NCBI GenBank assembly: GCA_964057225.1
Contig: OZ059895.1
Span: 1,612,001-1,676,000 of the forward strand
From: Auanema rhodensis
Lineage: Eukaryota > Animalia > Nematoda
Direction: 5' to 3'
Length of the DNA: 64,000 nt
Positions 55,041-64,000 of the stretch are shown one piece after another. How positions within the stretch are numbered: position 1 is the stretch's first letter; every line of letters begins with the position of its first letter. A program made the translations under genes and the position numbers. The notes beneath the pieces are model-generated. The model made no database searches, had not been told where the DNA came from, and saw only the letters and a list, made by a program, of their open reading frames with translations.

Positions 55041-58000
55041 GAAGCAATGTTGAGTGTACATGGAAACTCAACATACACTAATGAATCATTTTTCAAACGA
55101 TCATAACTAATTTTTGTATTAAGCGTTTCTCAATGTAGTATAGTGCATTCGATCCGGATTTTTAAGCTGCGTCGATCTGTGTTATCAGATTTGCGCTAAC
55201 TTAAAAATGCACCGAGATATCAACTGATATAAGTTCACACTTATATCCTCGATTTTCACCCTGAAGAATTGATTTTTTCGTTGAATAACATTGTCCATCG
55301 TCTTTGCTTTGAAAAATGGAATCTAAAAACATCTACTTTTTGCTAAATTATTTTGAAATTTTTCGAAAAAATTTTTGTCAAAATGTTTTTGGAAGCAATG
55401 TTGAGTGTACATGGAAACTCAACATACACTAATGCATCATTTTTCAAACGATCATAACTAATTTTTGTATTAAGCGTTTCTCAATGTAGTATAGTGCACT
55501 CGATGCGGATTTTTAAGCTGCGTCGATCTGTGTTATCAGATATGCGCTAGCTTAAAAATGCACCGAGATATCAACTGATATAAGTTCACACTTATATCCT
55601 CGATTTTCACCCTGAAGAAATAATTTTTTCGTTGAATAACATTGTCCATCGTCTTTGCCTTGAAAAAAGGAATCTAAAAACATCTACTTTTTGCTAAATT
55701 ATTTTGAAATTTTTCGAAAAAATTTTTATCAAAATGTTTTTGGAAGCAATGTTGAGTGTACATGGAAACTCAACATACACTAATGCATCATTTTTCAAAC
55801 GATCATAACTAATTTTTGTATTAAGCGTTTCTCAATGTAGTATAGTGCATTCGATGCGGATTTTTAAGCTGCGTCGATCTGTGTTATCAGATTTGCGCTA
55901 GCTTAAAAATGCACCGAGATATCAACTGATATAAGTTCACACTTATATCCTCGATTTTCACCCTGAAGAAATAATTTTTTCGTTGAATAACAATGTCCAT
56001 CGTCTTTGCCTTGAAAAAAGGAATCTGAAAACATCTACTTTTTGCTAAATTATTTTGAAATTTTTCGAAAAAATTTTTGTCAAAATGTTTTTGGAAGCAA
56101 TGTTGAGTGTACATGGAAACTCAACATACACTAATGCATCATTTTTCAAACGATCATAACTAATTTTGGTATTAAGCGTTTCTCAATGTAGTATAGTGCA
56201 TTCGATGCGGATTTTTAAGCTGCGTCGATCTGTGTTATCAGATTTGCGCTAGCTTAAAAATGCACCGAGATATCAACTGATATAAGTTAACACTTATATC
56301 CTCGATTTTCACCCTGAAGAAATAATTTTTTCGTTGAATAACATTGTCCATCGTCTTTGTCTTGAAAAAAGGAATCTAAAAACATCTACTTTTTGCTAAA
56401 TTATTTTGAAATTTTTCGAAAAAATTTTTGTCAAAATGTTTTTGGAAGCAATGTTGAGTGTACATGGAAACTCAACATACACTAATGCATCATTTTTCAA
56501 ACGATCATAACTAATTTTTGTATTAAGCGTTTTTCAATGTATAATAGTGCATTCGATGCGGATTTTTAAGCTGCGTCGATCTGTGTTATCAGATTTGCGC
56601 TAGCTTAAAAATGCACCGAGATATCAACTGATATAAGTTCACACATATATCCTCGATTTTCACCCTGAAGAAATAATTTTTTCGTTGAATAACATTGTCC
56701 ATCGTCTTTGCCTTGAAAAAAGGAATCTAAAAACATCTACTTTTTGCTAAATTATTTTGAAATTTTTCGAAAAAATTTTTGTCAAAATGTTTTTGGAAGC
56801 AATGTTGAGTGTACATGGAAACTCAACATACACTAATGAATCATTTTTCAAACGATCATAACTAATTTTTGTATTAAGCGTTTCTCAATGTAGTATAGTG
56901 CATTCGATCCGGATTTTTAAGCTGCGTCGATCTGTGTTATCAGATTTGCGCTAACTTAAAAATGCACCGAGATATCAACTGATATAAGTTCACACTTATA
57001 TCCTCGATTTTCACCCTGAAGAATTGATTTTTTCGTTGAATAACATTGTCCATCGTCTTTGCTTTGAAAAATGGAATCTAAAAACATCTACTTTTTGCTA
57101 AATTATTTTGAAATTTTTCGAAAAAATTTTTGTCAAAATGTTTTTGGAAGCAATGTTGAGTGTACATGGAAACTCAACATACACTAATGCATCATTTTTC
57201 AAACGATCATAACTAATTTTTGTATTAAGCGTTTCTCAATGTAGTATAGTGCACTCGATGCGGATTTTTAAGCTGCGTCGATCTGTGTTATCAGATATGC
57301 GCTAGCTTAAAAATGCACCGAGATATCAACTGATATAAGTTCACACTTATATCCTCGATTTTCACCCTGAAGAAATAATTTTTTCGTTGAATAACATTGT
57401 CCATCGTCTTTGCCTTGAAAAAAGGAATCTAAAAACATCTACTTTTTGCTAAATTATTTTGAAATTTTTCGAAAAAATTTTTATCAAAATGTTTTTGGAA
57501 GCAATGTTGAGTGTACATGGAAACTCAACATACACTAATGCATCATTTTTCAAACGATCATAACTAATTTTTGTATTAAGCGTTTCTCAATGTAGTATAG
57601 TGCATTCGATGCGGATTTTTAAGCTGCGTCGATCTGTGTTATCAGATTTGCGCTAGCTTAAAAATGCACCGAGATATCAACTGATATAAGTTCACACTTA
57701 TATCCTCGATTTTCACCCTGAAGAAATAATTTTTTCGTTGAATAACAATGTCCATCGTCTTTGCCTTGAAAAAAGGAATCTGAAAACATCTACTTTTTGC
57801 TAAATTATTTTGAAATTTTTCGAAAAAATTTTTGTCAAAATGTTTTTGGAAGCAATGTTGAGTGTACATGGAAACTCAACATACACTAATGCATCATTTT
57901 TCAAACGATCATAACTAATTTTGGTATTAAGCGTTTCTCAATGTAGTATAGTGCATTCGATGCGGATTTTTAAGCTGCGTCGATCTGTGTTATCAGATTT

Positions 58001-58550
58001 GCGCTAGCTTAAAAATGCACCGAGATATCAACTGATATAAGTTAACACTTATATCCTCGATTTTCACCCTGAAGAAATAATTTTTTCGTTGAATAACATT
58101 GTCCATCGTCTTTGTCTTGAAAAAAGGAATCTAAAAACATCTACTTTTCGCTAAATTATTTTGAAATTTTTCGAAAAAATTTTTGTCAAAATGTTTTTGG
58201 AAGCAATGTTGAGTGTACATGGAAACTCAACATACACTAATGCATCATTTTTCAAACGATCATAACTAATTTTTGTATTAAGCGTTTTTCAATGTATAAT
58301 AGTGCATTCGATGCGGATTTTTAAGCTGCGTCGATCTGTGTTATCAGATTTGCGCTAGCTTAAAAATGCACCGAGATATCAACTGATATAAGTTCACACA
58401 TATATCCTCGATTTTCACCCTGAAGAAATAATTTTTTCGTTGAATAACATTGTCCATCGTCTTTGCCTTAAAAAAAGGAATCTAAAAACATCTACTTTTT
58501 GCTAAATTATTTTGAAATTTTTCGAAAAAATTTTTGTCAAAATGTTTTTG
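55041..58550 (+). repeat. Tandem duplication of a 5-monomer (1755 bp) block
   Basis: Markers GATCCGG / GTGCACTCG / AACAATGTC / TTTGGTATT / TGTATAATAG appear in the same order at 55041-56795 and 56796-58550. ORFs at 55887 and 57642 are 1755 bp apart. Confidence 0.92.
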
Positions 58551-58945
58551 GAAGCAATGTTGAGTGTACATGGAAACTCAACATACACTAATGCATCATT
58601 TTTCAAACGATCATAACTAATTTTTGTATCAAGCGTTTCTCAATGTAGTATAGTGCATTCGATGCGGATTTTTAAGCTGCGTCGATCTGTCTTATCAGAT
58701 TTGCGCTAGCTTAAAAATGCACCGAGATATCAACTGATATAAGTTCACACTCATATCCTCGATTTTCACACTGAAGAAATAATTTTTTCGTTGAATAACA
58801 TTGTCTATCGTCTTTGCCTTGAAAAATGGAATCTAAAAACATCTACTTTTTGCTAAATTATTTTGAAATTTTTCGAAAAAATTTTTGTCAAAATGTTTTT
58901 GGAAGCAATGTTGAGTGTACATGGAAACTCAACATACACTAATGC

Positions 58946-59662
58946 GACAATGTTATTCAACGAAAAAATTATTTCTTCAGGGTGAAAATCGAGGATATAA
59001 GTGTGAACTTATATCAGTTGATATCTCGGTGCATTTTTAAGCTAGCGCAAATCTGATAACACAGATCGACGCAGCTTAAAAATCCGCATCGAATGCACTA
59101 TACTACATTGAGAAACGCTTAATACAAAAATTAGTTATGATCGTTTGAAAAATGATGCATTAGTGTATGTTGAGTTTCCATGTACACTCAACATTGCTTC
59201 CAAAAACATTTTGACAAAAATTTTTTCGAAAAATTTCAGAATAATTTAGCAAAAAGTAGATGTTTTTAGATTCCTTTTTTCAAGGCAAAGACGATGGACA
59301 ATGTTATTCAACGAAAAAATTATTTCTTCAGGGTGAAAATCGAGGATATAAGTGTTAACTTATATCAGTTGATATCTCGGTGCATTTTTAAGCTAGCGCA
59401 AATCTGATAACACAGATCGACGCAGCTTAAAAATCCGCATCGAATGCACTATACTACATTGAGAAACGCTTAATACAAAAATTAGTTATGATCGTTTGAA
59501 AAATGATGCATTAGTGTATGTTGAGTTTCCATGTACACTCAACATTGCTTCCAAAAACATTTTGACAAAAATTTTTTCGAAAAATTTCAAAATAATTTAG
59601 CAAAAAGTAGATGTTTTTAGATTCCTTTTTTCAAGGCAAAGACGATGGACAATGTTATTCAA
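58946..59662 (-). repeat. Inverted satellite segment 2 (717 bp), copy of segment 1
   Basis: Same junctions and internal SNPs as segment 1, 5200 bp downstream. Confidence 0.97.
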
Positions 59663-62600
59663 AGCTGCGTCGATCTGTGTTATCAGATATGCGCTAGCTT
59701 AAAAATGCACCGAGATATCAACTGATATAAGTTCACACTTATATCCTCGATTTTCACCCTGAAGAATTAATTTTTTCGTTGAATAACATTGTCCATCGTC
59801 TTTGCTTTGAAAAAAGGAATCTAAAAACATCTACTTTTTGCTAAATTATTTTGAAATGTTTCGAAAAAATTTTTGTCAAAATGTTTTTGGAAGTAATGTT
59901 GAGTGTACATGGAAACTCAACATACACTAATGAATCATTTTTCAAACGATCATAACTAATTTTTGTATTAAGCGTTTCTCAATGTAGTATAGTGCATTCG
60001 ATGCGGATTTTTAAGCTGCGTCGATCTGTGTTATCAGATTTGCGCTAGCTTAAAAATGCACCGAGATATCAACTGATATAAGTTCACACTTATATCCTCG
60101 ATTTTCACCCTGAAGAATCATTTTTTTCGTTGAATAACATTGTCCATTGTCTTTGCCTTGAAAAATGAAATCTAAAAACATCTACTTTTTGCTAAATTAT
60201 TTTGAAATTTTTCGAAAAAATTTTTGTCAAAATGTTTTTGGAAGCAATGTTGAGTGTACATGGAAACTCAACATACACTAATGAATCATTTTTCAAACGA
60301 TCATAACTAATTTTTGTATTAAGCGTTTCTCAATGTAGTATAGTGCATTCGATCCGGATTTTTAAGCTGCGTCGATCTGTGTTATCAGATTTGCGCTAAC
60401 TTAAAAATGCACCGAGATATCAACTGATATAAGTTCACACTTATATCCTCGATTTTCACCCTGAAGAATTGATTTTTTCGTTGAATAACATTGTCCATCG
60501 TCTTTGCTTTGAAAAATGGAATCTAAAAACATCTACTTTTTGCTAAATTATTTTGAAATTTTTCGAAAAAATTTTTGTCAAAATGTTTTTGGAAGCAATG
60601 TTGAGTGTACATGGAAACTCAACATACACTAATGCATCATTTTTCAAACGATCATAACTAATTTTTGTATTAAGCGTTTCTCAATGTAGTATAGTGCACT
60701 CGATGCGGATTTTTAAGCTGCGTCGATCTGTGTTATCAGATATGCGCTAGCTTAAAAATGCACCGAGATATCAACTGATATAAGTTCACACTTATATCCT
60801 CGATTTTCACCCTGAAGAAATAATTTTTTCGTTGAATAACATTGTCCATCGTCTTTGCCTTGAAAAAAGGAATCTAAAAACATCTACTTTTTGCTAAATT
60901 ATTTTGAAATTTTTCGAAAAAATTTTTATCAAAATGTTTTTGGAAGCAATGTTGAGTGTACATGGAAACTCAACATACACTAATGCATCATTTTTCAAAC
61001 GATCATAACTAATTTTTGTATTAAGCGTTTCTCAATGTAGTATAGTGCATTCGATGCGGATTTTTAAGCTGCGTCGATCTGTGTTATCAGATTTGCGCTA
61101 GCTTAAAAATGCACCGAGATATCAACTGATATAAGTTCACACTTATATCCTCGATTTTCACCCTGAAGAAATAATTTTTTCGTTGAATAACAATGTCCAT
61201 CGTCTTTGCCTTGAAAAAAGGAATCTGAAAACATCTACTTTTTGCTAAATTATTTTGAAATTTTTCGAAAAAATTTTTGTCAAAATGTTTTTGGAAGCAA
61301 TGTTGAGTGTACATGGAAACTCAACATACACTAATGCATCATTTTTCAAACGATCATAACTAATTTTGGTATTAAGCGTTTCTCAATGTAGTATAGTGCA
61401 TTCGATGCGGATTTTTAAGCTGCGTCGATCTGTGTTATCAGATTTGCGCTAGCTTAAAAATGCACCGAGATATCAACTGATATAAGTTAACACTTATATC
61501 CTCGATTTTCACCCTGAAGAAATAATTTTTTCGTTGAATAACATTGTCCATCGTCTTTGTCTTGAAAAAAGGAATCTAAAAACATCTACTTTTTGCTAAA
61601 TTATTTTGAAATTTTTCGAAAAAATTTTTGTCAAAATGTTTTTGGAAGCAATGTTGAGTGTACATGGAAACTCAACATACACTAATGCATCATTTTTCAA
61701 ACGATCATAACTAATTTTTGTATTAAGCGTTTTTCAATGTATAATAGTGCATTCGATGCGGATTTTTAAGCTGCGTCGATCTGTGTTATCAGATTTGCGC
61801 TAGCTTAAAAATGCACCGAGATATCAACTGATATAAGTTCACACATATATCCTCGATTTTCACCCTGAAGAAATAATTTTTTCGTTGAATAACATTGTCC
61901 ATCGTCTTTGCCTTGAAAAAAGGAATCTAAAAACATCTACTTTTTGCTAAATTATTTTGAAATTTTTCGAAAAAATTTTTGTCAAAATGTTTTTGGAAGC
62001 AATGTTGAGTGTACATGGAAACTCAACATACACTAATGCATCATTTTTCAAACGATCATAACTTATTTTTGTATCAAGCGTTTCTCAATGTAGTATAGTG
62101 CATTCGATGCGGATTTTTAAGCTGCGTCGATCTGTCTTATCAGATTTGCGCTAGCTTAAAAATGCACCGAGATATCAACTGATATAAGTTAACACTTATA
62201 TCCTCGATTTTCACCCTGAAGAATTAATTTTTTCGTTGAATAACATTGTCCATCGTCTTTGCCTTGAAAAATGGAATCTAAAAACATCTACTTTTTGCTA
62301 AATTATTTTGAAATTTTTCGAAAAAATTTTTGTCAAAATGTTTTTGGAAGCAATGTTGAGTGTACATGGAAACTCAACATACACTAATGCATCATTTTTC
62401 AAACGATCATAACTAATTTTTGTATCAAGCGTTTCTCAATGTAGTATAGTGCATTCGATGCGGATTTTTAAGCTGCGTCGATCTGTCTTATCAGATTTGC
62501 GCTAGCTTAAAAATGCACCGAGATATCAACTGATATAAGTTCACACTCATATCCTCGATTTTCACACTGAAGAAATAATTTTTTCGTTGAATAACATTGT

Positions 62601-63092
62601 CCATCGTCTTTGCCTTGAAAAAAGGAATCTAAAAACATCTACTTTTTGCTAAATTATTTTGAAATTTTTCGAAAAAATTTTTGTCAAAATGTTTTTGGAA
62701 GCAATGTTGAGTGTACATGGAAACTCAACATACACTAATGCATCATTTTTCAAACGATCATAACTAATTTTTGTATCAAGCGTTTCTCAATGTAGTATAG
62801 TGCATTCGATGCGGATTTTTAAGCTGCGTCGATCTGTCTTATCAGATTTGCGCTAGCTTAAAAATGCACCGAGATATCAACTGATATAAGTTCACACTCA
62901 TATCCTCGATTTTCACACTGAAGAAATAATTTTTTCGTTGAATAACATTGTCTATCGTCTTTGCCTTGAAAAATGGAATCTAAAAACATCTACTTTTTGC
63001 TAAATTATTTTGAAATTTTTCGAAAAAATTTTTGTCAAAATGTTTTTGGAAGCAATGTTGAGTGTACATGGAAACTCAACATACACTAATGC

Positions 63093-63458
63093 GACAATGT
63101 TATTCAACGAAAAAATTATTTCTTCAGGGTGAAAATCGAGGATATAAGTGTGAACTTATATCAGTTGATATCTCGGTGCATTTTTAAGCTAGCGCAAATC
63201 TGATAACACAGATCGACGCAGCTTAAAAATCCGCATCGAATGCACTATACTACATTGAGAAACGCTTAATACAAAAATTAGTTATGATCGTTTGAAAAAT
63301 GATGCATTAGTGTATGTTGAGTTTCCATGTACACTCAACATTGCTTCCAAAAACATTTTGACAAAAATTTTTTCGAAAAATTTCAGAATAATTTAGCAAA
63401 AAGTAGATGTTTTTAGATTCCTTTTTTCAAGGCAAAGACGATGGACAATGTTATTCAA
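63093..63458 (-). repeat. Inverted satellite segment 3 (366 bp = 1 monomer + 15 bp)
   Basis: Same left and right junctions as segments 1 and 2 but exactly 351 bp shorter; starts 4147 bp after segment 2. Confidence 0.97.
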
Positions 63459-64000
63459 AGCTGCGTCGATCTGTGTTATCAGATATGCGCTAGCTTAAAA
63501 ATGCACCGAGATATCAACTGATATAAGTTCACACTTATATCCTCGATTTTCACCCTGAAGAATTAATTTTTTCGTTGAATAACATTGTCCATCGTCTTTG
63601 CTTTGAAAAAAGGAATCTAAAAACATCTACTTTTTGCTAAATTATTTTGAAATGTTTCGAAAAAATTTTTGTCAAAATGTTTTTGGAAGTAATGTTGAGT
63701 GTACATGGAAACTCAACATACACTAATGAATCATTTTTCAAACGATCATAACTAATTTTTGTATTAAGCGTTTCTCAATGTAGTATAGTGCATTCGATGC
63801 GGATTTTTAAGCTGCGTCGATCTGTGTTATCAGATTTGCGCTAGCTTAAAAATGCACCGAGATATCAACTGATATAAGTTCACACTTATATCCTCGATTT
63901 TCACCCTGAAGAATCATTTTTTTCGTTGAATAACATTGTCCATTGTCTTTGCCTTGAAAAATGAAATCTAAAAACATCTACTTTTTGCTAAATTATTTTG

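Larger units (their letters stand above)
1..64000. repeat. Tandem satellite DNA array, 351-bp monomer, about 182 copies, extending past both window edges
   Basis: GAAGCAATGTTGAGTGTACATGG recurs at 1, 352, 703, 1054 and so on with an exact 351-bp period. ORF-track spacings are multiples of 351 (allowing for the indels and inverted segments). Monomer 1 has 110 G+C in 351 bp by hand count. Confidence 0.99.
53351..64000. repeat. Higher-order repeat containing the inverted segment (periods 5200 and 4147 bp; third copy cut by the window end)
   Basis: The same pre-junction monomer starts at 53351, 58551 and 62698. The same ordered private SNPs follow each inverted segment (CAGATATGCG, GCTTTGAA, GAAATGTTT, GAAGTAATG, AATGAATC, GAATCATTT). 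Confidence 0.93.

Noticed and set aside
4708-61314. Fifteen near-identical 75-aa minus-strand ORFs (MYTQHCFQKHF...)
   Set aside because: They are satellite sequence opened by one SNP that removes a TAG, and the frame is closed in about 90% of monomers. The F/K/N/I-rich composition reflects A/T tracts, and I recognise no protein family.
1-64000. CRISPR-like array (dyad-containing short repeats at a fixed period)
   Set aside because: The sequence between dyads is itself repeated, so there are no unique spacers. The period is 351 bp and there are no cas genes.

Overview
The whole 64 kb window is one AT-rich (about 69% AT, hand count of monomer 1) tandem satellite array of a 351-bp monomer, about 182 monomer-equivalents. 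Copies typically differ by only a few substitutions. There are no credible genes: all 16 ORFs in the track are the same satellite reading frames, opened by single SNPs. From 1 to 53745 the monomers are head-to-tail with only four 1-bp indels, and SNP haplotypes define successive local higher-order-repeat (HOR) domains, including a 10-monomer island of a distinct subfamily at 31.6-35.1 kb. The main structure is in the last 11 kb: three inverted satellite segments (717, 717 and 366 bp, i.e. n x 351 + 15) with identical junctions. These are not simple inversions. They have been amplified as part of a 4-5 kb unit that forms long inverted repeats. The monomer itself holds several short dyad symmetries and A/T tracts and shows no CpG depletion. 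This looks like eukaryotic (peri)centromeric or heterochromatic satellite DNA; I cannot identify the organism or family from the sequence alone.
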